Positions 31,594 through 42,492 of a stretch of 64,000 nucleotides of DNA are shown piece after piece (position 1 is the stretch's first letter; the number at the start of each line of letters is the position of its first letter). The notes beneath the pieces are model-generated. The model was not told where the DNA came from and did not search any database. It saw only the letters and a list, made by a program, of their open reading frames with translations. The stretch lies in the NCBI GenBank assembly GCA_963816395.1, contig CAWFKQ010000008.1:128001-192000 (forward strand), given 5' to 3'. The DNA comes from an uncultured delta proteobacterium. Its GTDB lineage: Bacteria > Desulfobacterota > Desulfuromonadia > Desulfuromonadales > JACZKF01. The translations under genes and the position numbers were made by a program.

Positions 31594-32364
31594 ATGCCCT
31601 CCGGATTCTTCGAGATGAGCCCCGATACTGACGACCTGCAACGCGCCGCGGCGGTCCTGGAAGCGCTGGTGCCGGAGGAGCAGTGGGCCGTCTATGCTCC
31701 GGTGCTGGAGCGCGCCCGGAGGCTCGGCCTGCGCTTTGCGATCGGCGGCGGTCTGGCCTACTCCCTCTATGCCGATCGCCGGCGCAATACCAAAGATCTC
31801 GACGTATTCATTCTGGCGGAGGACCACCACCCCTTTCTCGACCTGATGGCCGAGGAAGGATTCGCCGAGTACACGGAACTCCCCTATGACCGCTCCTGGA
31901 GCTATCGCGGCCGCAAGCAGGGGTACATCCTCGACGTCCTCTGGCGGATGCTCAACAACAGGGCCACCCTCGATCCGGACTGGATGCGCCGCGGCTGGGA
32001 CCTGACGGTGCGCGGCATCCCCCTCCGGCTGATACCGGTCGAAGAACTGATCTGGACCAAAATCTACATCCTCTACCGACAGCGCTGCGACTGGCCCGAC
32101 ATTCTCTCCATCCTCCATGCCCGCGGACCGCGGCTGGACTGGGAGCATCTGCTGACGCGCCTGGGCGAGGATGGGCCGCTGTTGACGGGCGTCCTCGCCC
32201 TGTTTCGCTGGGTCTGTCCCGGGCGGGCGGCGCAGCTCCCCGACTGGTTATGGAAACGGCTGGGCTTGAGCGTGCCGCCGCCGGATGGGCCGGACATTCA
32301 GCCCGACCGGGTTGCGACAATCCGGGGCGGCGACTGGTTTCCCGCGCCCGGGAAGGAAAGCTGA
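31594..32364 (+). CDS. Uncharacterised Pol-beta-superfamily nucleotidyltransferase
   Basis: AIGGGLAY...RNTKDLDVF (GG...R.T.D.D), EELIWTK, RCDWPD, LDWEHLL. Confidence 0.75.
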   Translation: MPSGFFEMSPDTDDLQRAAAVLEALVPEEQWAVYAPVLERARRLGLRFAIGGGLAYSLYADRRRNTKDLDVFILAEDHHPFLDLMAEEGFAEYTELPYDRSWSYRGRKQGYILDVLWRMLNNRATLDPDWMRRGWDLTVRGIPLRLIPVEELIWTKIYILYRQRCDWPDILSILHARGPRLDWEHLLTRLGEDGPLLTGVLALFRWVCPGRAAQLPDWLWKRLGLSVPPPDGPDIQPDRVATIRGGDWFPAPGKES

Positions 32365-32365
32365 C

Positions 32366-33139
32366 ATGCAGATCGGCGCCATGAACCACCCGGCCCGGCC
32401 GGTCGAGGAGGAACTCCGCTGGATGGCGGAACTGGGCCTGGATTTCATCGACCTGACCCTCGAGCCGCCGGCGGCCGGCTTCTGGCAGATCGATACGGCG
32501 GCAGTGCGGCGGGCGCTGCGGGAACACAAACTGGGCATCGTCGGCCATACCGCCTGGTATCTGCCGCTCGGCCATCCCTTCGAGCCGGTGCGGCGGGGGG
32601 CGGTGGAATGCTTCGTCCGCTCGGCCGCGGTGTTCGCAGAACTGGGTGCCGACCGGATGAACATCCATCCGGACGCCCGTGCGCCGCTGCACGATTTCGC
32701 CTTCGTGCTGCAGCGCAATCTGCAGAGTCTGCGGGAAATCATTGAGCAGGTCCGCCCCCTCGGTCTGACGGTGATGATCGAGAATCTGCCGGGGGAATTC
32801 AAGACCGTCGGCCAACTCGGCGGCCTGCTGGCGCCGCTTCCGGAACTCGGCTTCCATCTCGACATCGGCCACACTCTGCTGGCCGGCTCCGCCCCCCTGG
32901 CGGACCTCCTGGCCGCCTGGGGCTCCCGGTTGCGGCACGTTCATCTGCACGATAATCAGGGGGGGACGGCCGATCTGCATCTGCCCCTGGGGGCCGGCAT
33001 CCTTGACCTGGAAGGGGCGCTGCGCGCCTTGAAAGGAAGCGGCTACAACGGAACCGTGACCTTGGAGGTCTTTGCGCCCGAGCGGGAGTACCTCCAATTG
33101 AGCGCCCGTCGCCTCCGCCGGCTCTGGGAGGCCTGCTGA
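32366..33139 (+). CDS. Sugar phosphate isomerase/epimerase-like (AP endonuclease 2) TIM barrel
   Basis: MIENLP, HLDIGH, HVHLHDN, DLHLPLGAG, TLEVF metal ligands. Confidence 0.85.
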   Translation: MQIGAMNHPARPVEEELRWMAELGLDFIDLTLEPPAAGFWQIDTAAVRRALREHKLGIVGHTAWYLPLGHPFEPVRRGAVECFVRSAAVFAELGADRMNIHPDARAPLHDFAFVLQRNLQSLREIIEQVRPLGLTVMIENLPGEFKTVGQLGGLLAPLPELGFHLDIGHTLLAGSAPLADLLAAWGSRLRHVHLHDNQGGTADLHLPLGAGILDLEGALRALKGSGYNGTVTLEVFAPEREYLQLSARRLRRLWEAC

Positions 33140-33160
33140 TCGCCCCCGACCGAATTTTTC

Positions 33161-33190
33161 TTGACAGCGTCGGGCCAAAGCTGTTAGGGT
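33161..33190 (+). promoter_or_regulatory. sigma70-type promoter of the DEAD-box helicase
   Basis: TTGACA-N18-TAGGGT with TG extension. Confidence 0.5.
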
Positions 33191-33236
33191 TCGCCGTAAT
33201 ACCAACGTTCCAGGAAATTTAACGACACGACCTCGT

Positions 33237-33265
33237 AAAGCCCCGGATCCTCCGGGGCTTTTTTT
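33237..33265 (+). terminator. Intrinsic terminator between the promoter and the helicase start
   Basis: AAAGCCCCGG-ATCCT-CCGGGGC-TTTTTTT, ending 21 nt before ATG 33287. Confidence 0.8.
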
Positions 33266-33286
33266 GCGGGGCAAGAAAGAAGGAAA

Positions 33287-34528
33287 ATGGAATTTCGCAA
33301 GTTCAATCTGCATCCCCAGGTCCAGGCGGGCATTGTGGCCGCCGGCTATGCGGCACCGACGCCGATCCAGGCCCAGGCGATCCCGCCGGTTCTTCAGGGG
33401 CGCGACGTGATGGGGCTGGCACAGACCGGCACCGGTAAGACCGCCGCTTTCGCGCTGCCGATCCTGCACCGGCTGCTGCAGGGGCAGCGCGGTTACGTGC
33501 GCGCCCTGGTGATTGCTCCGACCCGCGAGCTGGCCGAGCAGATCCGCACCGCCGTCGATGAGCTGGGGCGGCAGACCCGCCTGCGCAGCGTCACCATCTA
33601 TGGCGGCGTGGGGGTCAACCCCCAGGTGGAGAAGCTCAGGCGCGGCGCCGAGATCGTCGTCGCCTGCCCGGGGCGCCTCCTCGACCATCTGCGGCAGAAA
33701 ACGATCGACCTCTCCCGCCTGGAAGTCCTGGTCCTCGATGAAGCGGACCAGATGTTTGATATGGGTTTTCTTCCCGACCTGCGCCGCATCCTGCAGCACC
33801 TGCCGAGTCAGCGGCAGACGCTGCTGTTCTCGGCGACCATGCCCGAGGAGATCCGCAAGCTGGCGCGCGAGGTCCTGAGCGAACCGGTCACCGTCCAGGT
33901 CGACACCGTTGCCCCGGCCGCCACCGTCAGCCATGCCCTGTATCCGGTCGAGCCGCATCTCAAGACGGCCCTGCTGCTGGAGTTGCTGAGTGAGGCCGAC
34001 TCCGGTTCGGTCCTGGTTTTCACCCGCACCAAACACCGCGCCAAACGCCTGGGGGAGCAGCTCGCCAAGGCCGGCCACCGGACGGCCTCGCTGCAGGGGA
34101 ACCTTTCCCAGAACCGGCGCCAGGCCGCTCTTGATGGCTTCCGGCAGGGTACCTTCCGGGTCCTGGTGGCGACCGACATCGCCGCCCGCGGGATCGACGT
34201 TACCCAGATTTCCCACGTCATCAATTACGATATCCCCGATACCCCCGAGGCCTACATCCACCGCATCGGCCGCACCGGCCGCGCCACCCGCAGCGGCGAT
34301 GCCTTCACCCTGGTGAGCGGCGAGGATACGGCCATGGTGCGAACCATCGAGCGGATCCTCGGCGCCCCCCTGGAGCGCCGGCAGGTGACTGGCTTCAACT
34401 ATGGCACGCCCGCCCCGGTCGCTGCCTCGACCGGTCAGCCGCGCCAGGCTCCCCGCCGGCCGACGCGGAACACCGCACCGGGCCGCCCGGCCGACCCGCG
34501 CCGCAGAAGGCGGCCCGCGGCGAAATGA
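33287..34528 (+). CDS. rhlE: DEAD-box RNA helicase (RhlE-like)
   Basis: PTPIQ, AQTGTGKT, PTRELA, DEAD, SAT, ARGID, HRIGRTGR. Confidence 0.9.
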   Translation: MEFRKFNLHPQVQAGIVAAGYAAPTPIQAQAIPPVLQGRDVMGLAQTGTGKTAAFALPILHRLLQGQRGYVRALVIAPTRELAEQIRTAVDELGRQTRLRSVTIYGGVGVNPQVEKLRRGAEIVVACPGRLLDHLRQKTIDLSRLEVLVLDEADQMFDMGFLPDLRRILQHLPSQRQTLLFSATMPEEIRKLAREVLSEPVTVQVDTVAPAATVSHALYPVEPHLKTALLLELLSEADSGSVLVFTRTKHRAKRLGEQLAKAGHRTASLQGNLSQNRRQAALDGFRQGTFRVLVATDIAARGIDVTQISHVINYDIPDTPEAYIHRIGRTGRATRSGDAFTLVSGEDTAMVRTIERILGAPLERRQVTGFNYGTPAPVAASTGQPRQAPRRPTRNTAPGRPADPRRRRRPAAK

Positions 34529-35367
34529 AAAGCAGCGCGCCGGAGGTTGGCCGCGTGCACACCCTGACCGTCGTGCGGGTGGATGCGCGCGGCGCCTGGC
34601 TGGACGGAGGTGACGAGCCGCTGCTGTTGCCGCGGCGGGGGGCTTCGGCCGCCGTGCGTCCAGGCGAGCGGCTGACGGTCTTCGTCTTCCGGGACAGCGC
34701 CGGCGAACTGCGGGCCAGCCTCAAGCGGCCCCTCGCCCAGATGGGCGAATTCGCCCTGCTCACCGTCCGCTCCGTCGGACCGCACGGTGCCTTTCTCGAC
34801 TGGGGGGTGGAGAAGGACCTGCTCGTCCCCTTCAGCCAGCAGCCCGAGCGCCTGCAGCCCGGCCGCGCCTGCCTCGTGCGGGTCTGTCTCGACCGGGAGG
34901 GGCGACCCTACGCCAGCGCCCGCGTCGAAGACCTGCTGGAAGGGAAAGTCGCCGGCCTGACCGAAGGGGACGAGGTCGCCCTCGTCCTCTGGCAGTTCAC
35001 CGAACTCGGGGCCAAGGTCATCGTCAATCACCGCTTCGCCGGTCTGCTCTACCGGGACGAACTGAATCCCGGGATGCGCTCCGGCGACTGCCTCACCGGC
35101 TATGTCAAGCGCCTGCGCGGCGACGGTAAAATCGACGTCACCCTGCGCAAGGTCGGACTGGAAGGGATCGAGGAGGCCAGGGGGGTCATCCTGGCCGCAC
35201 TGCGCAAACGTGGCCGGGGCTTCCTCCCGCTGCACGATGCGAGTTCTCCCGACGCGATCCGCGAGGCCCTGGGGCTGAGCAAGAAGATGTTCAAGCGGGC
35301 GGTGGGAAACCTCTATAAGGAAGGTCTGGTCGAGATCACGGGAGAAGGAATCCGCCTGAAAAAATAA
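34525..35367 (+). CDS. CvfB-family S1-domain RNA-binding protein
   Basis: GAFLDWGVEKDLLVPFSQQ, DGKIDVTL, C-terminal winged helix LSKKMFKRAVGNLYK. Confidence 0.88.
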   Translation: MKSSAPEVGRVHTLTVVRVDARGAWLDGGDEPLLLPRRGASAAVRPGERLTVFVFRDSAGELRASLKRPLAQMGEFALLTVRSVGPHGAFLDWGVEKDLLVPFSQQPERLQPGRACLVRVCLDREGRPYASARVEDLLEGKVAGLTEGDEVALVLWQFTELGAKVIVNHRFAGLLYRDELNPGMRSGDCLTGYVKRLRGDGKIDVTLRKVGLEGIEEARGVILAALRKRGRGFLPLHDASSPDAIREALGLSKKMFKRAVGNLYKEGLVEITGEGIRLKK

Positions 35368-35575
35368 TGGCCGCAATTTCTGCCCATGAACGAAGAAGAG
35401 GGCGGTCGCTTGACCGCCCTCTTACTGTATGTGCCCGCCAACAGAATTTTTTGCCCCGCATAATTTCTCCTCCGGTCTGAAAATTTCCCATCCTGTGGTA
35501 TAGCTGTCATTAATTTAATGGTGCTAAGAGAAATTGGGTCCGATTATTCCTGGTTCTCAAGGAACGGAGGTCATC

Positions 35576-36768
35576 ATGCGAAAAAGAGATTTACCCGCAG
35601 GGATTTTCTGAAGACAACAGGAGTGGTTTCGGCCGTGGCGGCGGTCGGCGCCACACCGCTGGGACTGCTGGCGGCGGAGAGGAAGCTGGTCAAGTTCCCG
35701 CAGAAGACCAATCTGGAGCTGCTGACCTCGCGCCCGCCGCAGCTGGAGACGCCGATCAAATTCTTCAAGGAGCTGATCACCCCGAACGACGCCCTGTTCG
35801 TGCGCTGGCATATCTCCGGCGTTCCCACCAGCGTCGACCCGGCGCAGTGGCGTCTCAACGTCGGCGGCCACGTCAACCAGCCCATCGCGCTGACCCTTGC
35901 CGATCTGAAGAACCGTTTTCAGAAAACCTCCTACACCGCGGTGATCCAGTGCTCCGGTAACGGCCGCAGCTTCATGGACCCGCGGGTTCCCGGGGGGCAG
36001 TGGGGCAACGGGGCGATGGGGAACGTGACCTGGGGCGGCGTCAAGCTCAAGGATATTCTCAACGCCGCCGGGGTGAAGGCAGGGGCGGTGGACGTCGGCT
36101 TCAACGGCCTGGACAAGCCGCCTCTGGAGACCGTCCCGGACTTCGTCAAGAGCCTGCCGGTCGACGAGGCGCTGGGCGAGGACATCCTGGTCGCCTACGA
36201 GATGAACGGCGAGCCCCTGCCGATGCTCAACGGCTATCCGGCCCGCCTGATCGTGCCGGGCTGGTTCGCCACCTACTGGGTCAAGTCCCTCAGCGACATC
36301 ACCGTTCTCAACAATCCCTTCGACGGCTTCTGGGTGAAGACCGCCTACCGGATTCCCGCCAATGCCTGCGGCTGCGTGCCGCCGGGATCCAAGCCGCAGA
36401 GTACCGTCCCCATCAACCGGATGGTCACCCGCTCGCTGATCGTCACCCCGACTCACGGCCAGAAAGTGCCGGCGGGAAAAGAAGCGCAGGTGATGGGGCT
36501 GGCCTTCTCCGGGGGCTACAGCATTCGCGACGTCATCGTCTCGGTCGACGGCGGCAAGACCTGGAAGGAGGCCAAACTCGGCAAGGACCTGGGGAAATAC
36601 TCCTGGATCCAGTGGACCTTCCCCTGGCGTCCGGAGAAAGCGGGAAACTATACCCTCATGGCCCGCGCCACCAACACCTTCGGCGAGTCGCAGCCCTTCG
36701 AGAGCGTCTGGAATCCGGGCGGATACCTGTACAACAAGATCGAGAAGGTCAACATCACGGCCGCATAG
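35576..36768 (+). CDS. Tat-exported sulfite-oxidase-family molybdoenzyme (SorA-like); 1-nt indel just after the start
   Basis: TRRDFLK Tat motif, FVRWH, QCSGNGR (Mo-ligand Cys), NGYPARLIVPGW, VSVDGGKTW; GGAGG before ATG 35576, which is out of frame by one base. Confidence 0.9.
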
Positions 36769-36770
36769 AA

Positions 36771-36888
36771 GGCTGATGAAAAACGCCCATCTGTGGCGTT
36801 GCCCTCATCCTTCGTCAACGACGTACCTTCGGTACGCCTTATTCCTCAGGATTTCGGGCGCCTTGCATCTGGGCATTTTTGCTCAGCC
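36771..36888. mobile_element. Palindromic MITE-like interspersed element (118 bp)
   Basis: Terminal inverted repeats GGCTGATGAAAAACGCCCA / TGGGCATTTTTGCTCAGCC and internal stem CGTACC-TTC-GGTACG. Confidence 0.7.
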
Positions 36889-36919
36889 AGAGAACCTGAG
36901 CCACATGATAGGAGGCGCC

Positions 36920-37258
36920 ATGAAACGGCTCGTACTGCCCATGCTCATCCTGCTCGCCCTGCCGGCGGCGGCTCTGGCCCAGGGGGATGTCAAGGAGCCA
37001 CCAAAGACCGGCGTGCACTCCATCACCCTGCCGGAGGTGCCCGTCCAGCTCAAGGAGGGGAAGGGGAAGGAGACGACGCAGAAATACTGCAGCATCTGCC
37101 ACAGCCCCGATTACATCCCCATGCAGCCGCCCTTCCCCCAGGAGAAGTGGGCCGCCATCGTCAACAAGATGCGCAAGGTCTACGGCGCCCCGGTGCCCGA
37201 TGCGGCCGCGCAGGAGATCATCAACTATCTCGGCGCCAATTACGGTCCGGGAAAATAG
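36920..37258 (+). CDS. Monoheme cytochrome c (SorB-like)
   Basis: Signal peptide, CSICH heme motif, IVNKMRKVYGAP; GGAGG RBS. Confidence 0.88.
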   Translation: MKRLVLPMLILLALPAAALAQGDVKEPPKTGVHSITLPEVPVQLKEGKGKETTQKYCSICHSPDYIPMQPPFPQEKWAAIVNKMRKVYGAPVPDAAAQEIINYLGANYGPGK

Positions 37259-37299
37259 ATCGTGCCTCGGCCTCGATAAACGGCACCTCTCGGAGCGGA

Positions 37300-37357
37300 G
37301 GACAGGCACCTTACGGTAACCTCTGACGGGGACAGGCACCTGACGGAGCCAGTCCCC
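37300..37357. repeat. REP-like imperfect palindrome with a duplicated half-site between convergent genes
   Basis: GGGGACAGGCACC-TGAC-GGAGCCAGTCCCC (37328-37357); GGACAGGCACCT also at 37300. Confidence 0.7.
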
Positions 37358-37360
37358 TCT

Positions 37361-40021
37361 TTACTTTCCTGCCGGTCCCGTGACCACCTGGACCAGGTCG
37401 TCGGGGCGCAGCCATTTGGCGAAGGCGGCTTTCACCTGCCCGGCGGTCGTCTCCCGGTAGCGCCTGGCCGCGTGCTGCGGCTCATCGAGGGGCAGGTCCT
37501 TGCTTACCAGTTCCAGCCAGCCGCCGGCAATCCCGTCGAAGCTCGCCCGCGAGAGGGGGATCTGGCGGACCAGCAGAGTTTTCGCCTGCTGCAGTTCGCG
37601 CGGGGTGACATCGGTGGTCTGCATGGCGCGCAGATCCCGCTCGACCAGCGCCCGGGCGCGCTGGATGTTGCCCGGGTCGCAGGCATAGAAGACGGTAAAG
37701 ACCGAGCGGGTCTTGCTCGCCTCCAGCATCGCCTCGACGGTATAGACCAGTCCCGTCTCCTCCCGCAGGTCGCGGTAGAGGCGGGTGGCGTAGAAGGCCC
37801 CGGCCAGCACGTGGCTGCCGAGCTGCAGGGGGTAATAGTCGGGATTGCTGCGGGTGAGGCCGAGGTTTTCGCCGAGAGTCACCTCGGCCTGCACCCGGCT
37901 GGGATCGGGGACATGCTGGGCGGAAGGGGGATTGACCGGGACCGGCGGCAGGTCGGTGGCCGGTTTCGGCCCCTTGGCCTGCCAGCCGCCGAAGTATTGT
38001 TCCATCTTCTGTTTCGCCTCTTCCGGGGTGATCCGGCCGATGATCACCACCGTCGTCAGGTCGGGGCGGAAAACCTGCTGGTAATACGATTTCACGTCGT
38101 CGAGGGTCAGTGCCGTCACCGTCTGCGGCGTCGCCTGGCGCAGGGTGGGATCGTGCTTCGGATAGATCCCCTTGAGCAGGGCCCGGCGGGCGAGATAGGC
38201 CGGGCTCTGCAGTTTGCCCGCCAGGGCGCCCGCCGTCTCCTGCCGGATGATCTGGAAAGCCTGCGGCGGCAATGCCGGATGCAGCAGGTTGTCGGCCAGC
38301 AGCTGCAGGCCGCGGTCGAAATGGTCGGTCAGCACCTGCAGGGAAAAGCTGGTCCCCGCCGATTCCTCAGCGGCGATTTCGTCGAGGGCCTGCTGAAATT
38401 GCAGCCGGTCCAGGGTGGTGGTCCCGTAGGAAAAAAGATCGCCCAGGATCAGATCCACCCCTTCCTTCCCCTTCGGCACCTGCAGGTCGGGCCGGTTTTT
38501 CACCTCGCCGTAAACGCTGATCGTCCCGCTGATTTCCGAGGGCTGGACGATCACCCGCAGCCCGTTGGCCAGGCGAAAATCCGCCGGCGACAGGACCGAA
38601 GGGGTGATTTCCGCCTCGGCCGCCCGCTGCGCCCAGGGCGGCAGCGGCGTCGGCTTGACCTCCTGCGGGCGCGAAGGACTCCTTGCCGCTGATCGGGCGG
38701 GCGACTGTCGGCTTGCCGACCGGCCGCGAGCTCAGGATGGCTTTGATCGCCGTGGCATTATCCAGGTACTGTTTCGCCACCCGGTTTACCGCCTCCGGGG
38801 TGACCCTGCGGATCGCTTCGATGCTCTCCTCGGGCGAAGAACGTCCCTCGACGGCCAGGGCCTGAGACCAGAGCTGGGCCAGTCCCGGGATGGAGTTTCT
38901 GGCAAACTCGGCCTGGGCGACTTCCCGGCGTTTGGCCGCAGCCACCAGTTCGGCCGGCACGCCGTTCTGCCGGTAGGCGGCGATGATCGTCTGCAGCCGC
39001 TCGAGCAGCGCCTGGCCGTTCCCGCCCTGGGGATAGGCCGCCGTGGCGAAGCCGATCGCCGCCACCGGCGTCGGCTCGATATCGAAACCGGCGGACAGGG
39101 CCGCTCCCTCCGGCACCAGGGCATACAGGTCCCCTCGCTCGCTGTCCAGGACATCCGCCAGCACCTGGCCGGCGGCGAAATCGGGGCTGTCATAGCCGGG
39201 CAGCCGGTAGGCCAGCACGGCCATCCCGTAGGCCAGGTCGGTTTCCATGGTGATGGTCGTCGGCTGCAGGGGCTGCAGCTTGGCTTCCGGCCGGGGGGGA
39301 CGGGGCGGGAGGGGATGCCCTCGAACAGCTGACGCACCTGCGCCAGGGCCTGCTCGGGATCGACGTCGCCGGCAATGATGAGGATGGCGTTGTTCGGTGC
39401 ATACCATTTTTTATAGAAATCCTGCAGCATCTCCCCGGTGGTCTTCTCGAAGGATGGCCGGGTGCCGAGAGCGTCGTGGGCATAGGGGGTGCCGGCATAC
39501 ATCTGGCGCAGCAGCCGGGAATAGAAGACGTACATGGGGTTGGACAGGTCCTGGGCGACTTCCTGCTCGATGGCGCCCCGTTCCTGCGCCCACAGGTTCT
39601 GACTGTCGAGAATGCCGCGCATGCGGATCGCCTCGACGTGCAGGGCGATATCGAGATCCTCCTTGGGGACGGTGAAAAAATACTGAGTGACCGTCTGCTG
39701 GGTGTCGGCGTTGAAATCGCCCCCCAGGTCGGCGATCAGGGTGGCAAGCTGGTCCGCCGAGAGCCCCGGACTGCCGCGGAACATCATGTGTTCCTGGGCG
39801 TGGGCCGTCCCCGGAAAGCCTTCCGGGGTCTCGTTGGAGCCGGCCAGATAATTGACTTCGGTGGTGACCACCGGCGCCAGGTGGTCGGGCACGATCACCA
39901 CCCGCAGGCCGTTCTTGAGGGTGGCCCGCAGCGCCTCTGCCCCGAGGCCCGGGCGGGGGAGAAAGGCAAGGGATAAGGCGGCGAACAGAAGTAGGCAGAC
40001 GCTTCGCGGCAGGATACGCAT
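37361..40021 (-). CDS. Secreted M16 (pitrilysin-like) zinc protease, long two-half form, frameshifts near 39300 and 38670
   Basis: Signal peptide, TLKNGLRV, AHAQEHMMFRGS (HxxEH), WYAPNNAILIIAGD, RLYRDLREETGLVY. Confidence 0.88.
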
Positions 40022-40216
40022 GATTATTCTCCAGGAATGAACTGTAGAAAAACGGGAAGATCGGCCCGTCTTCTCCAGAGTCTAACAGAGCGCCCGGCAG
40101 CCGGAAGTTTTTTCCGTCCCGCGAGACGGTCCTGCGCCATTGCCTGCGCGGGCGAAACAATGCTAAAAAGGTAGGCGTCTGTTTCTGCCGAAACTCGCCC
40201 TCTCGGAGGTTGCCGT

Positions 40217-42486
40217 TTGCCGCGCCTGGAAATCAACATTGAAGGCATCGTCCAGGGGGTTGGTTTCCGTCCCTTCGTCTTTCAGCTCGCCCGCCGGCTG
40301 GGGATCGGCGGCTGGGTGCGCAACGACAGCCGGGGGGTGACCATCGAGGCGGAAGGGGAGGGGGCGGCGCTCGCCGCCTTCCTGCGCGCCCTGCATGACG
40401 AACTGCCGCCCCTTGCCGCCATCTCCCGCCTGGAGACGGCGGAGCTGCCGCCGCAGGGGGAGCCGGGATTCGCCATCCGCGCCAGCGACGGGGAACGGGA
40501 GAAGAAGGCGCAGATCTCCCCCGATACCTGGGTCTGCCCCGATTGTCTGGGCGAGCTCTTCGACCCCGCCGACCGCCGCTACCGCTATCCTTTCATCAAC
40601 TGCACCAACTGCGGGCCGCGCTACACCATCGTCACCGCCATCCCCTACGACCGCCCTCACACCACCATGGCCGACTTTCCCATGTGCGCCGCCTGCCGGG
40701 CGGAATACGAGGACCCGGCCTGCCGCCGCTTCCATGCCCAGCCCATCGCCTGCCCGCAGTGCGGGCCGCGCCTGGCGCTGCTCGACGGCGCCGGCCGGCC
40801 GCTGCCGGGTGAGGACCCGGTCGCCGCCGCCGTCCGCCTGCTGCAGCAGGGGGGGATCGTGGCGGTCAAGGGGCTGGGCGGCTATCACCTGGCGGTCGAT
40901 GCCGCCAATAATGAGGCGGTGGCGGAGCTGCGGCGGCGCAAGGCGCGCGACGAGAAGCCCTTCGCCCTGATGTCCGCCGGCGCTGGCCGAGGTGGAGCGC
41001 TACGCCCTGGTGGAGGAGACGGAGCGGCGCCTGCTGACCGGCCCGGAACGGCCGATCGTGCTGCTGCGGCAGCGGCCGGGGCACGGCCTCTCCCCCCTGA
41101 TCGCTCCCCGCAACCGCTACTTCGGGGTGATGCTCCCCTATACGCCGCTGCACTACCTGCTGCTGCGGGACACCTTCCTCGCCCTGGTGATGACCAGCGG
41201 CAACCTCTCCGATGAGCCGATCGCCTTCGAGGACGCCGAGGCCGGCGAGCGCCTGCGCGGCATCGCCGACGCCTTCCTGGTGCACGACCGGCGCATCCAC
41301 ACCCGCACCGACGATTCCATTGCCCGCGTCATGGCCGGCCGCCCGCTGCTGCTGCGCCGCTCCCGCGGGTACGTGCCGCGCAGCGTCCTGCTGCCGGCCG
41401 CCCGGCCGGCGGTGCTGGCGGTGGGGGCGGAGCTGAAGAATACGGTCTGCCTGACCCGGGACGACCGGGCCTATCTCAGCCAGCATATCGGCGATCTGAA
41501 GAACCTGGAGGTGTTCGACTCCTTCCGGCGCACCATCGGCCATCTCGAGGAGATTCTGGAGCTGCATCCGCAGGTCGTCGCCCATGACCTGCATCCCGAT
41601 TATTTCTCCACCCGCTATGCGGAGGAGCTGCCGGGGGTGCGGCGGGTGGCGGTGCAGCACCACCACGCCCACCTGGCGAGCTGCCTGGCGGAAAACGGGG
41701 TGGCGGAGGAGACGATCGGGGTGATCTTCGACGGCATCGGCCATGGCGCCGACGGCCATGCCTGGGGCGGTGAGTTCCTCCTCGGCGATCTCCGGGGCTA
41801 TCGCCGCGCCGGCCATCTCGCCTACCTGCCGATGCCGGGGGGCGATGCCGCCACCCGCGAGCCGTGGCGCATGGCCTTCAGCTACCTGGTCCAGGCCTGC
41901 GGCGCCGAGCTGCCCCGGCTGCCGCTGGTGGAACAGACCGCCGAAGGCGACCGCCGGCTGCTGCTGCAGATGATCGAGAAGGGAATCAACTCGCCCCTCA
42001 CTTCCAGCTGCGGCCGGCTGTTCGACGCCGTAGCGGCCCTCTGCGGGCTGCGGCGGCAGGTCAGCTACGAGGGGCAGGCGGCACTGGAGCTGGAGATGGC
42101 GATCGACGGAGACGAGGAGGGGAGCTATCCCCTCGCCATCGAGGAGGCGGAGGGCATGCTGATCGTCCAGGCGGCGCCGCTGATCCGGGCGGTGGTCGCC
42201 GACCTGCAGCGGCAGGCGCCGGTCGGCGATCGTCAGCGCCCGTTTCCACAACGGCCTCGCCGGGATGATCGTCGAGGTCTGCCGGCGGCTGCGGGCGGCC
42301 GGCGGTCACGATGCCGTGGCCCTCTCCGGCGGCGTCTTCCAGAACCGCTACCTGACCGAACGCACGGTGGGGCAGCTGCAGGCGAAGGGTTTCCGGGTGC
42401 TCACCCATTCCCTGGTGCCGCCCAACGACGGCGGCCTGGCCCTGGGGCAGGCGGCAGTGGCCGGAGCCCTGAGCATGGAGGGATGA
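40217..42486 (+). CDS. hypF: Carbamoyltransferase HypF, frameshifts near 40980 and 42230
   Basis: GIVQGVGFRPFV, CPDC/CTNCGPRY/CPQCGP zinc fingers, KGLGGYHL, MTSGN, QHHHAH, TSSCGRLFD, PPNDGGLALGQ. Confidence 0.93.
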
Positions 42487-42492
42487 ACAGGC

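Noticed and set aside
35396..35423. Perfect 12-bp hairpin upstream of the molybdoenzyme as a Moco riboswitch
   Set aside because: A single stem without the multi-stem Moco motif; more likely a 3'-end structure for cvfB.
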